A DNA stretch of 64,000 nucleotides from a virus (Duplodnaviria; Caudoviricetes): the IMG/VR virus record IMGVR_UViG_3300032250_000184, positions 1-64,000 of that record. The stretch is one strand, 5' to 3'. The notes beneath the pieces were generated by a model. It was not told the origin of the DNA. It did not search any database and saw only the letters and a list, made by a program, of their open reading frames with translations. The position numbers were made by a program, and so were the translations under genes. How positions within the stretch are numbered: position 1 is the first letter of the stretch; each line of letters opens with the position of its first letter. This document shows, piece after piece, positions 54,379 through 64,000 of this stretch.

Positions 54379-55644
54379 TTATCTGCCAACTTGTGGCAAA
54401 TACTTGGCCTTGGTTTCTTCCCAAGACAAGTAAATTAGGTCATCATAGAATAAAGAATCGTAAGAAACAGTATTCTTCTTCTGTAATTGCCTAATTCGAC
54501 CCTTAGCATACTTGGTTTTCCAAATATTGGCAAGGGCTTCTTCACTGGTATCAAACGACTTTACCAGATCAGAATCGGTAATCTCCTTACGGAGAAATTC
54601 AAAGGTGTTGTTGTAGAGAGGACTAAAATAGATACCACGTTGATGTTCGGTGCGAATCAGTTCTTTTGGTATTTGCAGTTTAGAATATGCAAAGTTTAAA
54701 GAACGATTCTTATGGTCACGCTTAAGTGGAAGTCCTTGTGTATTCTTGGCTTCCCACCACTCAAAGTATTTACGAGTATGATTCTCTTTGATCCAATCAA
54801 ACACTATTTTTTTGGTTGACCTCGATGGTTCGAAAGCCACAGAACCAGAAGAAAAACCCATAGGATTCCAATGTTCAAGACCATCGTACTGCGAGAGGCC
54901 TCCAGCCTTTGTTTTTCCATAGAGTGACGTTGTAGTAACGCCAACAAGAGTGTCTCCATATTGTCTTTTCCAATCTGCCTGAACTGTATCAGATAAACAC
55001 ATCAATGCCAGTAACTTACCACCCATGTAATTAAAACCTAATGGTTGTAACGGAACGATGGTGGATCCAATTGCGGTGTGATTAATCATGTGTTGCTGTG
55101 TCTTAACATCTCTCGACCATCCGATGGCGTTATCTCTTGGAGTCAAGTCCAGAAAGTCTGAGGAGATACAGATAACACCAAGATACTTACCAGTAACTTC
55201 ATCTGTTAAAACATAAAATAGATTACGACCAATATTTGAATTGTTCTTCATGGTTGATGAGAATGTGCGAATGGCATTCCAACGAGCTGCATCTTCACCA
55301 TTAGACAATACCATAACCGGTTTTAGTTTTTCATAATCATCAGGAGATTCTGGCACCCAAAAGTTTTTTCTAACTTCTTTAATAAGTTTATCTTGCTCAG
55401 GATCAACCATTTGTAACTCTGTACCAAATATAGTACTGGCTTCAAAGACAGGATATCTTTCTTTCACTTCACACCATTTTTGATATAGAGTATATTCACG
55501 AACATCCATTTGTGATGCGTATGTTAAGTCCTTGATGAGGACTTCTTTCATATTTGCTTCATCAATGTGATGAAATGAATTGACAGGATTTTTCTCTTGC
55601 CAATCATTCCATTGTTTTTCTACATACTCAATTGGTGTTGCCAT
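54379..55644 (-). CDS. DruA/DUF4338-like protein (copy 2)
   Basis: IGRNLFY..GKYLGVI, RDNAIGW, GFNYMGGKLLA..C.S, TTTSLYG..SQYDG. Confidence 0.7.
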   Translation of the reverse strand: MATPIEYVEKQWNDWQEKNPVNSFHHIDEANMKEVLIKDLTYASQMDVREYTLYQKWCEVKERYPVFEASTIFGTELQMVDPEQDKLIKEVRKNFWVPESPDDYEKLKPVMVLSNGEDAARWNAIRTFSSTMKNNSNIGRNLFYVLTDEVTGKYLGVICISSDFLDLTPRDNAIGWSRDVKTQQHMINHTAIGSTIVPLQPLGFNYMGGKLLALMCLSDTVQADWKRQYGDTLVGVTTTSLYGKTKAGGLSQYDGLEHWNPMGFSSGSVAFEPSRSTKKIVFDWIKENHTRKYFEWWEAKNTQGLPLKRDHKNRSLNFAYSKLQIPKELIRTEHQRGIYFSPLYNNTFEFLRKEITDSDLVKSFDTSEEALANIWKTKYAKGRIRQLQKKNTVSYDSLFYDDLIYLSWEETKAKYLPQVGR

Positions 55645-56249
55645 TATTTTTTAATCTTTGCCAAGTTGTTATTCATCTTGTTAACCATCTTCAATATCTT
55701 ATCTCGTTTTTTAAAACCACTTTGTAATGCCATTGGTTTTACTTTACTAGTATACACGATTCCATTTAAATGGTCAAGCTCATGTTGAAAACAACGAGCA
55801 GACATACCATTAAAGGTTGCCTGTTTCCATTCTCCATTAAAGTCTTGGTATGTTACCGCAACTTCTTCTGGTCGTGTGATACTCAATGCCAATAAAGGAA
55901 AAGATAAACAACCTTCGGCCATATGCACTTCTTTGTGAGATTTCAATACAATACTTGGATTAAAAAATGCCACAAAATTATCACCAGAGCCCATTACAAA
56001 TACTCGATAAGGAAAACCACATTGGTTGGCAGATAATCCATAGCCATTGTGTTTCTTACAGGTTTCAACCAATGAAGAGGCAAACTCCATTGGATTAACT
56101 GGTGCATTTGTAAAATCAAATTCAGGTAAGACCTGACGAAGAATTGGATCGGTATCTGGTATTAAATCAAATAAAGGAATATCATATGTTGTTGCATAAT
56201 TGTTATCCTTTAATGTATCTTCTGTGTTAAAAACAATTGTTTCACTCAT
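55644..56249 (-). CDS. def: peptide deformylase
   Basis: GYGLSANQ, EGCLS, QHELDHLNG. Confidence 0.92.
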   Translation of the reverse strand: MSETIVFNTEDTLKDNNYATTYDIPLFDLIPDTDPILRQVLPEFDFTNAPVNPMEFASSLVETCKKHNGYGLSANQCGFPYRVFVMGSGDNFVAFFNPSIVLKSHKEVHMAEGCLSFPLLALSITRPEEVAVTYQDFNGEWKQATFNGMSARCFQHELDHLNGIVYTSKVKPMALQSGFKKRDKILKMVNKMNNNLAKIKK

Positions 56250-57961
56250 TTTGCAATCCTACTGAAATTGTTATGCTTCTCGAATTTAATAACCGACCGA
56301 AATTTATCAAACAACTGGTCACCTTTGTGTGAGATAACAAACACATTGGTATCTGTTCCCATCTCATGAATCAACTTCAAAAATTCTTCTGTGCCAACAC
56401 CATCAAGAGAAGAATCAAATACCTCATCAAGAATTAATAGATTGGTATTAGTACTATTTTTTAACTTAGCAATTTGTCGCCACGTAAACAATAGAGCCAA
56501 ATCGATACGCATCTTCTCACCTTCAGAAAAGTTGGCATACGAGAATTCATCACGGTGCCTAGACTTAATTGTTTCTTCAAACGATTCATTGATGTTGAAG
56601 TTTACAAAGAAGTCCATGGCAGTCAAATACTTATTAATCAATTTATTCATGATAGGTAAATATTGACGAATGATTTTGGTTTTGATGCCAGTATCTTTCA
56701 ACAATGATCCTGCAAACTCATAGTATTGTTTTTCTGTGGCCAGTTCTTCTTGTTTTTTAATTAATGCACCAAGTTCTTCTTTGAGTTCTTTTAACTTGGC
56801 ATTTTCTTCTTCAAGACTGTCTTTGTGGTTGGTAAGTTCTTCTACTTCTTTTTGTAATTTTGTAACAAATTTATTGATGGCAGATATTGTTGAGTTGTGT
56901 TTGACCACTTCATTGTTATGTGCCGTAATGTGTTTAAGTCCGTGTTGTATTTCTTCGATTCGTTTATTTGTTGCCGTAATTTGAGCAGAGATATCCGATA
57001 AGGCTGTAGAGACCTCTGACTTGGTATTATTAAGAACAGAAACTTGGTCGGTTCGAAAAGACTCCGCAATTCCTTGTTTGCAAGTTGGGCAATCAGAGTG
57101 TTCTTCATAAAAAGTTACCTCTTTATCAATCTTCTTAATGCGTGATTCAAGTTTAGACTCTAGTTGAATTAACTTGGCACTTTTCTTTTGAACTGCCATT
57201 TGGTCAGAAATCTTACTTTGCAATACGGCAATATGTTTCTGTATTAATTCAACATCTCTTTCTAAAGTAAAGATTTGATCAACTGAATCAGCAATCTCTT
57301 TACGCTTCTTGGCAATTTCTTCATCAGAACGACTTTTATGATCTTCAATACTTTGTTTCTGAAAGTTGATTCTTTCTGAAGATATATCCATCTCATATTT
57401 GTTTTTGATTGAGATGTCTTTGATTGATGACATTTTCTCTTTAACAATTCCGTTCATAGAGGAAAAGATGCCAATGTCCAACAAATCTTCAATAATCAAT
57501 CTGCGATCAGCCGGAGATAATTGCATGAAAGGAACAAACGATGCCGAACCAAGAATAACCACTTGTGTAAATGATTTATAGTTAATCTTGAGAATGAACT
57601 TCTCCAAAAACTCTTGATAGTCTTTTGCCTTGGCATCTTGATCGAGTAGTTTGTCATTAAGATAAACCTCAAACACATTTGGCTTAATACCACGAATTAC
57701 TTTATATTGTTTTTTGCCAATAGAAAATTCAATCTCCACAACACAATCGGATTGGTTGATAGAGTTTAATAATTGTGGTTTGTTTATCTTACGAAACGGT
57801 TTACCAAAAAGACCAAAACACAATGCATCAAGAATCGTGGATTTACCCGCACCATTGTTTCCAATGATGAGAGTATTTGGTGATTTAGTAAAATTTATTT
57901 CCGTAAAGCTTGTGCCGGTCGATAAAAAATTACGCCATCTAACTTTTTGAAAAAATATCAT
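56246..57961 (-). CDS. gp46: recombination endonuclease ATPase subunit
   Basis: G.NGAGKST, CPTC, FSEGEK, LDEVFD. Confidence 0.95.
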   Translation of the reverse strand: MIFFQKVRWRNFLSTGTSFTEINFTKSPNTLIIGNNGAGKSTILDALCFGLFGKPFRKINKPQLLNSINQSDCVVEIEFSIGKKQYKVIRGIKPNVFEVYLNDKLLDQDAKAKDYQEFLEKFILKINYKSFTQVVILGSASFVPFMQLSPADRRLIIEDLLDIGIFSSMNGIVKEKMSSIKDISIKNKYEMDISSERINFQKQSIEDHKSRSDEEIAKKRKEIADSVDQIFTLERDVELIQKHIAVLQSKISDQMAVQKKSAKLIQLESKLESRIKKIDKEVTFYEEHSDCPTCKQGIAESFRTDQVSVLNNTKSEVSTALSDISAQITATNKRIEEIQHGLKHITAHNNEVVKHNSTISAINKFVTKLQKEVEELTNHKDSLEEENAKLKELKEELGALIKKQEELATEKQYYEFAGSLLKDTGIKTKIIRQYLPIMNKLINKYLTAMDFFVNFNINESFEETIKSRHRDEFSYANFSEGEKMRIDLALLFTWRQIAKLKNSTNTNLLILDEVFDSSLDGVGTEEFLKLIHEMGTDTNVFVISHKGDQLFDKFRSVIKFEKHNNFSRIAK

Positions 57962-57964
57962 TCG

Positions 57965-58156
57965 TTATGTGGGTTGTTTTACTTGACTTTGTGCTTGTTG
58001 TACAACTTTATCAATAAGTTTTCTACTGATTTTATGTGGCAATTCATCCAATGAAGCTAATAAAATATTAACTTCAGATAAAGTTAATGTTAAATTGAAT
58101 TCTTGATCTACCTTTTCTGTTTCTTTTACTTCTACATCTTGAACATTTTCGTCCAT
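57965..58156 (-). CDS. hypothetical protein
   Basis: AAGGAG SD. Confidence 0.55.
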   Translation of the reverse strand: MDENVQDVEVKETEKVDQEFNLTLTLSEVNILLASLDELPHKISRKLIDKVVQQAQSQVKQPT

Positions 58157-58175
58157 TTTTTTCTCCTTTTGAAAA

Positions 58176-59300
58176 TTAAGCTTGCTCTTGGTTCAATGCC
58201 TCAACATATAATTCTTTCATTATAGTTTTCAGCTTTTCATTGTCGATATGTTCTTCTTTAATACTGTCTACATACTTGCCAATAATTGACATGGTATCTT
58301 CAGCTTGATCCAGCATATCATCTTCCATGCCTTCTGTCAAGTCTGTAAAGTCTTCCGCAATGGTAATATCGATTGGATTAACTTTGTATAAGTTGTCCAT
58401 AAACTTGTCAAACAGATAGGGATTAGTTTTGTTGAGTACCACAACTTTAACATAGGTATTGGTATACTTACTCAAATCTTTGCTGGTAATCTCCGTAATG
58501 GAGTTTTCTTTATCATCATAAACAATGCGGTGAAACATTACATTGGGGTTTTTTATGAAAGTAAGATCGTAAGTATTAAGATCAAAAAGATGAAACCCTC
58601 TATCGTCATTATAATCTTGCCAAGTAAGTTCATACGGATTGCCAAGATAGTGTATGTTGCCATTTGAACTGCGATGATGATAGTGGCCACTAAAAGTAAA
58701 ATCGAAGCGTCTGAATAAGTCACTACTTAATCCTTCTAATGATGGCATACCACGATGCATGGCAAAACCTGCAATCTCGAAATGACCCATACAAACACTT
58801 GCATCAGTATCCGATAAGACAAACATTGAATCGTTATAATTTTCTGGACAAATCCAAGGCATCATACAAATAGGATATTTTTCATCATTCAACCAAATTG
58901 TGGTTGGTTTGTCGATGACTGTAATATTGGTATACTCTTGTAATAACAATCGAACCGAGTTTACCTCATTTGTATTTTTAAAGTATGTGTCGTGGTTACC
59001 AGCCAACATATAAACTTTGATATTCATATCATACAACCGGTCAAAGAACATTTCTCTGGCTCGTTTGAAGGTAAAAAAGTTAATATATTTTCTACGATCA
59101 AAGGTATCACCAAGTATTAATACCGTGGTAATGCCTTCTTCTTTTAATTTTGGAAAGAAAGTTTCGCTGTAGAACTTCTCATAATAATCTAAGAAATGAA
59201 TTGAATCGTTTCTGGCACCGAAATGTTGGTCGGTAATGATTGCTACTTTAGTTGCGGTCTGGTTTTCTTTTGTCAACATCGTCATAATATTTAATTTCAA
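58176..59300 (-). CDS. gp47: recombination endonuclease nuclease subunit
   Basis: TDQHFG, GDTFD, GNHD, GHFE, SGHYH. Confidence 0.95.
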   Translation of the reverse strand: MKLNIMTMLTKENQTATKVAIITDQHFGARNDSIHFLDYYEKFYSETFFPKLKEEGITTVLILGDTFDRRKYINFFTFKRAREMFFDRLYDMNIKVYMLAGNHDTYFKNTNEVNSVRLLLQEYTNITVIDKPTTIWLNDEKYPICMMPWICPENYNDSMFVLSDTDASVCMGHFEIAGFAMHRGMPSLEGLSSDLFRRFDFTFSGHYHHRSSNGNIHYLGNPYELTWQDYNDDRGFHLFDLNTYDLTFIKNPNVMFHRIVYDDKENSITEITSKDLSKYTNTYVKVVVLNKTNPYLFDKFMDNLYKVNPIDITIAEDFTDLTEGMEDDMLDQAEDTMSIIGKYVDSIKEEHIDNEKLKTIMKELYVEALNQEQA

Positions 59301-59413
59301 TCACAGAATCAATTGGTTGTTTGTTGGCAAACTCTGTTGCCTCGGTTAAGGTTTCAAATCCTTTAAATCGTACAGCCGAGCTCTGTATATAATAACAGAC
59401 TTTATACATTATA

Positions 59414-59956
59414 TCATTCTCCTAAAAACTTTTCAATCCCTTTTGACTTCTTTGCCGTTGCAATATCCTTCTTTGCCTGTTTTGCTTCTTCATAGTTGCC
59501 AATAAACTCTGCAATGTTATCGTATAGTTCAAACTGTTTTGTGGTACCGTCTTCTAGTTCCATCATTTCCATTTCATCCAATATACCCATTTGTTCTGTG
59601 GCTTTGTACTTCACATAGGTCTGTTTCTTTTCTTTTGATATTCTTCGTAAAAAGGCAAAGTATACAATCTGTGTAAAGTAAGCAAATGGATTCTTGGACT
59701 TGGCAGGATCAAAGTTGTCAAAGTACATCAAACAGTTCTCAATACCATCCGACATCATCTCATCACGATAGGTATAGTTAATAAAGTTTGGCTTGTGAGA
59801 AAGACCTTCTGCAATCTTCATAAAGCACTCTCCAATATAGTTTGGAATAGCTGGAGGTGACTTTTTATCTTTAATTGCCTTCTTGCAAGACTCTTTATAG
59901 TCCACCAAAGCTTTCAGAAAATCTTCGTTATTAATGTAATGTTTTTGCTTAGCCAT
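59414..59956 (-). CDS. gp55: late sigma factor
   Basis: HYINNEDF, YIGECF.KIA..LS..PNF..YTYRDEM, NPFAYFTQI. Confidence 0.95.
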   Translation of the reverse strand: MAKQKHYINNEDFLKALVDYKESCKKAIKDKKSPPAIPNYIGECFMKIAEGLSHKPNFINYTYRDEMMSDGIENCLMYFDNFDPAKSKNPFAYFTQIVYFAFLRRISKEKKQTYVKYKATEQMGILDEMEMMELEDGTTKQFELYDNIAEFIGNYEEAKQAKKDIATAKKSKGIEKFLGE

Positions 59957-59977
59957 AAAATATACCATAAAAAGTTG

Positions 59978-60006
59978 TTGACAAAGGGCTTGCCATCGTG
60001 TATAGT
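59978..60006 (+). promoter_or_regulatory. plus-strand sigma70-like promoter TTGACA-17-TATAGT
   Basis: Near-consensus, pointing away from gp55 and antisense into upstream genes. Confidence 0.45.
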
Positions 60007-60037
60007 TCTCGGTGTCCCCCTTTGATGTTAATATTAA

Positions 60038-60415
60038 TCAATGTAATACCTGTCCTTCTGAATCTTGTAATGCATCCATAATATCTTCGATTTCTTCATC
60101 GGTCATCTCGTCAGAGAGTTCTTTTGCCTTCATCAAAGACTTAATCTTTTCCACAGTATTTAAATAGTATTCTTCAAATTCGGTATTAGGTTCAAACACC
60201 GTAAGCACATCACAAGATTTAATGGTAATCTCATTCTTTTTAATGAGTTGTACTGGCAACCAATGATGCATTACTAAACCACTTTCAGAACCTCTGTTAT
60301 TGATGTATACTGACATTGGTTCCTCAATTACAATCTCATCAACTGGATTTCTTGAAAGGCAACCAATCACATCTTCTCCGGTTTTTAACCGAACTATCTT
60401 TACTATGCCGTTCAT
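60038..60415 (-). CDS. conserved Sm-like-fold T4-type protein
   Basis: VRLKTGEDVIG, W.P. Confidence 0.55.
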   Translation of the reverse strand: MNGIVKIVRLKTGEDVIGCLSRNPVDEIVIEEPMSVYINNRGSESGLVMHHWLPVQLIKKNEITIKSCDVLTVFEPNTEFEEYYLNTVEKIKSLMKAKELSDEMTDEEIEDIMDALQDSEGQVLH

Positions 60416-61905
60416 TTCTTGAGTCCTATTTTGTAAGTTTTATAAACAAACTGTTCTTCATTATATATTTTAACTCGTTCAACGAAATGTTTCAAAGTAA
60501 AATTCATATGTTTCTTGTATCTTAAATCGTCTGCAATGTCGTAGAGGGTGGCTTTTTCTTTTCCTTCACTCTGTCGTAATCCTCTGCCGATTGATTGTAA
60601 GTTCCGTACTCTAGACTTTGATGGACTTGCGAATATAATATTGTGCAAGTTTCTAATGTTAATACCAGTACTAAAGGTGCCAAAAGAAGCAACAACAATC
60701 GCATCATTTTCAATTTCCATTATTCGTCTAACTTCTTCTCTATCCGTAACATCAGTACCACCATGGATAAAGAACACTTTTCTATTACCAATATTCTTGG
60801 TGTCTTTAATCATATCATACAGTATTTGTCCATGTTTGTCAACCATTTGATATAATATCAAAGTATTATTACCTAAGCTAACTGCAAGATTCTTAATGAA
60901 TTTATTTCTATTCTCATTTGAAATGAGATACTGTATTTCTTCTTGGTAAGTTGAATCTTTCATTCTCAAACACACATCATCATCGTGTTTAAGTATTAGG
61001 CATTTAATTTCAAAGTCTGATACCTGTTGTTTATCGATCAACTCTCTTGTAGTTATTACCTTTTTAACTGGACCAAATAATCCTTCTAGTACCAGTTTAT
61101 GTGTTTTGGTACCATCTAGAGTGCCTGTAAGACCTATTCTATATTTAGCATTGACACAGGAGGTAAGTATAGTGGTAAGAGATTGAGCTTTGAATAAATG
61201 TGCTTCGTCACCTATGATATAATCAAACTGTTCAAAATATTCTTTTGGAAGTTTATACAAGGACTGCCAAGTGGATATTGTCAACGGTTTGTCTGTGTCT
61301 TTTTCTTTGCCTTGATATATTCTATGAAGATACGGTTCCATATTTTCATTATTATAATCTGCAAAGTCTGAATATAACTGTTCAACCAAAGAAGTGGTTG
61401 GAACAATAACTAGTCCTTTAAGATTTTGGTATTTGTATAACTGTTGGAATATTAAGTAAATGATTAATGATTTACCTGAAGCTGTTGGTGACAATAACAA
61501 ACATCTTCGTTTTTGCATGGCATGAATATATGCCTCTATTTGATGTTCTCTTACCTCAATGGGTTCACCACGAGCATGAACATTTAATTCACCAATAAAT
61601 TTTTTGGCATGATAGACTGAATATTCATCTTGTATATCCAAGCCATCTTCATATTCGAATGTATATTCTCTCGATTCACAAAATTGTTCAATGTAAGGTA
61701 ATAATCCTCGATACAACATGGAGGTTTGTAAGTTATACAAACGTATTTTTCCATCCCATACTCGATTGCGAAATGCAGGAACAAACTGGTGACCAGGAAC
61801 AAAAAAGGTAAAAAACTCCGATAACTCCTGTGCAATGTGTCGTTCACAGGTTATCTTGGCATAGACTTCATCTTTTTTGGAAATTAATATATCATTGTCC
61901 GCCAA
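60412..61905 (-). CDS. uvsW: SF2 DNA helicase
   Basis: SPTASGKS, GDEAH, GLTGT, STGINI, QSIGRGLR. Confidence 0.95.
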   Translation of the reverse strand: MADNDILISKKDEVYAKITCERHIAQELSEFFTFFVPGHQFVPAFRNRVWDGKIRLYNLQTSMLYRGLLPYIEQFCESREYTFEYEDGLDIQDEYSVYHAKKFIGELNVHARGEPIEVREHQIEAYIHAMQKRRCLLLSPTASGKSLIIYLIFQQLYKYQNLKGLVIVPTTSLVEQLYSDFADYNNENMEPYLHRIYQGKEKDTDKPLTISTWQSLYKLPKEYFEQFDYIIGDEAHLFKAQSLTTILTSCVNAKYRIGLTGTLDGTKTHKLVLEGLFGPVKKVITTRELIDKQQVSDFEIKCLILKHDDDVCLRMKDSTYQEEIQYLISNENRNKFIKNLAVSLGNNTLILYQMVDKHGQILYDMIKDTKNIGNRKVFFIHGGTDVTDREEVRRIMEIENDAIVVASFGTFSTGINIRNLHNIIFASPSKSRVRNLQSIGRGLRQSEGKEKATLYDIADDLRYKKHMNFTLKHFVERVKIYNEEQFVYKTYKIGLKK

Positions 61906-62326
61906 TGAATCTCTCCCAATCGATAAATGACTTTAACTCCCAATGCCGATTCTTTAACTCACCCATGATGGATTCTAATACCGAAACCACTTCTTCATGG
62001 TACACCTTCTTTTCAAGTAACTTAATTAAGTGTGCATCAGCCTCAAGATAGGCATTAATATCCGATTTCAATACAAACTCAAAAGGTTCCCATCCATATT
62101 CTTCCAGTTCTTCTTTGCTTAATCTTCCAGCATAGTAATCTAATCTGATTTTCCTCATGCGTAGATAATCAAAGTGTGCCTTTTTAGAGGCAATCTTGTG
62201 TTTGGTAAGAATGGAGAGATATTTGTTGTGTAGTGTGGGTATGCGAATGAGTTCTTTACCAGGCTCTGTCTGGTCCATTGCCGCATCATTTTCCCAATGT
62301 TTTAATACTTGTTCTAGATTTTCCAT
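61892..62326 (-). CDS. uvsY: recombination mediator
   Basis: IP.LH.KY, LK.RHWELK.FIDW.RF. Confidence 0.88.
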   Translation of the reverse strand: MENLEQVLKHWENDAAMDQTEPGKELIRIPTLHNKYLSILTKHKIASKKAHFDYLRMRKIRLDYYAGRLSKEELEEYGWEPFEFVLKSDINAYLEADAHLIKLLEKKVYHEEVVSVLESIMGELKNRHWELKSFIDWERFIGGQ

Positions 62327-62357
62327 AATATTTTCAATAGTCTAACACCAATTTTAC

Positions 62358-62386
62358 ATCATAACACAATTCATGTTACATGGCAA
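62358..62386 (-). promoter_or_regulatory. sigma70 promoter TTGCCA-17-TATGAT
   Basis: Upstream of uvsY. Confidence 0.55.
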
Positions 62387-62399
62387 GAATTAATGTTAA

Positions 62400-62936
62400 T
62401 TAAACTGGTACAAATTTAAACTGGTCATATACAAAAGTGGCATCTGCCGTAATCACATCATCAGCAGATTGTTTCGTGTCAAATATAATGTCCGATAAAG
62501 ATACAGGGAACATATTGGTAAACTCTACACGGAGTATAGGGTTGTTTAAGGCACTCAATACCGTCAATGTGGCATCCGAGTATTGTTGTTTATCACTAGC
62601 CATATTATTATATTGATTCTGTAATGCGGTTTTTAGATTGCGTTCATCAGTACCATCTGGTGATGCAAAAGAACGGAACCAATCATGCAAGTCTATCCAA
62701 CTCTGTACATCTTCATTGACTAGAAAAGTCATGTTGAAGTTGTTGTATGTTATTTGGTTACCAGGCGAGTATACAACTACACTTGGAAAGTTGATTGGGG
62801 CCTGTCCTACACTTACCCCTGGTATGTTTACTGACTGGCAGAACCATGTGGCATTAGGTATCCGACTGAAGGTCATCAGAAACTTTGTGGGTTGAAGATA
62901 GTTATTATTTTCAGGTGTTCTAGTTAATACAGACAT
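62400..62936 (-). CDS. gp3: tail terminator/sheath stabiliser
   Basis: NYLQPTKF, FCQSVNIPG, F.VNED, DATL, FPVSLS; synteny after gp23. Confidence 0.85.
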   Translation of the reverse strand: MSVLTRTPENNNYLQPTKFLMTFSRIPNATWFCQSVNIPGVSVGQAPINFPSVVVYSPGNQITYNNFNMTFLVNEDVQSWIDLHDWFRSFASPDGTDERNLKTALQNQYNNMASDKQQYSDATLTVLSALNNPILRVEFTNMFPVSLSDIIFDTKQSADDVITADATFVYDQFKFVPV

Positions 62937-62965
62937 GGTATTTCTCTATAATGATATACAGGTAT

Positions 62966-63553
62966 TTAGTCTTGTAATTTAACAGCTTTCCAACCTTTGT
63001 GTGAACCACGAGATAGGTTACCTTGGTCTAGTTCATTATCTCGACAAAATTTTTGAAGATTTTTAATAACCATCTGTTCGCCTGCTGGACTGGTAACAGA
63101 CCATTCTTTGGATAACTTGTCTGCGACCTTTTGTTTCTGTGATTCTGGTTGTTTAAAACCTATACGAGAAAGTCGAAGTTTTTCACGGTCATATATGCCA
63201 TTGGCCCACCGTTCTTTTTGCACTTGACTAATGTGATCTTTTTGTTCTTCAGACCACCAACCTTTATCAAAACCACCATCCAATCCATTTTCACCTTTAA
63301 GATTGGCCCACTCCTTAGATTCAACTATATTGTTTTGTTGTGAGAACTTGGTGGCATATTCTACCAAAGATTCTTCACTATCAAACAATTGGTACCATAA
63401 AGTCTTTACATGTTCTATACCATGTTTCTTGATGTGTCGTTTCCAGTGTATGCCAGAACCAAGATATTTCACTGGATCGCCTTTGGTGGTCTTACCGAAG
63501 TATTTTAGACCAGTAACGGAATGTTGTTTGATGTATAGATATGTGGTTTTCAT
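62966..63553 (-). mobile_element. Seg-like GIY-YIG homing endonuclease
   Basis: YLYIKQH..KYFGKT..YLGSG..W; C-terminal IKNL.KFCR..HKGW (NUMOD-like). Confidence 0.85.
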
Positions 63554-63590
63554 AATGTTAAAATAGTAAAGAATTATATGTATTTAGTCA

Positions 63591-63620
63591 TAAAAAAAGG
63601 GAGTCTTTCGACTCCCTTCT
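63591..63620 (-). terminator. gp23 terminator
   Basis: GAAGGGAGTC-GAAA-GACTCCCTTTTTTT. Confidence 0.85.
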
Positions 63621-63665
63621 TAAACATCACTCTTTTCGGTGATTTAATGTAATGTAAACAACAGC

Positions 63666-64000
63666 TTACATTAAATTTTTGACCCCGAAAATTCTGTAAT
63701 ACTTGTTTGTACGAGCATTCAAACCACCTGAACCAGCTCCAAGTCCTTCTGCGAATGGGTTTGATACCATTCCATAACGAGTCTTGAAACCAATCTTTGG
63801 TTGGAATGTATACTGGTCTACAGCACGAACCATTTGCAATGGAACGTATGGGCAATAGAACAAACCAGCATCGTATGGGCTAGAACCTTTGTAACCGATA
63901 GTTACGAGTTCTTGATTGCTTGTGTATCCACCGAAGTATGGGTCAATATAAACCTTGATACGACCGTGTAACATACCAGCAAATGTGTTGCCTGTGTCAT
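63666..64000 (-). CDS. gp23: major capsid protein, C-terminal part
   Basis: FAG.L.GRIKVYIDPY, GYKG.SPYDAGLFYCPYVPL, FQPKIGFKTRYG. Confidence 0.97.
   Translation of the reverse strand, partial: DTGNTFAGMLHGRIKVYIDPYFGGYTSNQELVTIGYKGSSPYDAGLFYCPYVPLQMVRAVDQYTFQPKIGFKTRYGMVSNPFAEGLGAGSGGLNARTNKYYRIFGVKNLM

Noticed and set aside
510-63343. Many short plus-strand and off-frame ORFs in the track
   Set aside because: Shadow ORFs of well-supported minus-strand genes without SD or motifs; only the 10911 endonuclease and the nested spanin were kept
1-64000. CRISPR array, introns/inteins, stop-codon recoding
   Set aside because: No regular repeat-spacer array; gp43, nrdA/B, thyX, gp41 and gp46 are full length and uninterrupted; no suppressor tRNA

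Overview
This is a 64-kb segment of a T4-like (Tevenvirinae-related) myovirus genome. It is AT-rich, uses the standard code, and nearly all genes lie on the minus strand. Core genes run from the gp23 C-terminus through gp3, uvsY, uvsW, gp55, gp47/46, gp45/44/62, regA, gp43, uvsX, gp41, gp61, thyX, nrdA/B and rnh. Accessory blocks are a 15-tRNA cluster with extra tRNA-like RNAs, a glycosyltransferase cluster, a cluster of proteins with T4 capsid-targeting-like N-termini, a compact lysis cassette with a nested spanin, three Seg-like GIY-YIG homing endonucleases and two DruA/DUF4338-like proteins. The standout is at the head of the tRNA operon. A perfect sigma70 promoter starts a leaderless 24-codon leader peptide (MKNIFTSPSNYTSPAAGWQVGVRL) built from codons read by the downstream phage tRNAs. 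It is followed by mutually exclusive antiterminator and terminator stems, so it looks like a ribosome-sensing attenuator that would switch on phage tRNAs when host tRNAs are depleted. Other leads are a non-canonical 67-nt tRNA-Gly-like RNA with its own promoter, a 91-nt CCA-ending RNA, a ~370-nt structured RNA after tRNA-Gly, a ROSE-like thermometer on hsp20, and a putatively virion-packaged ligase-like protein paired with a nucleotidyltransferase-kinase. All family calls come from motif recognition by eye; no searches were run.
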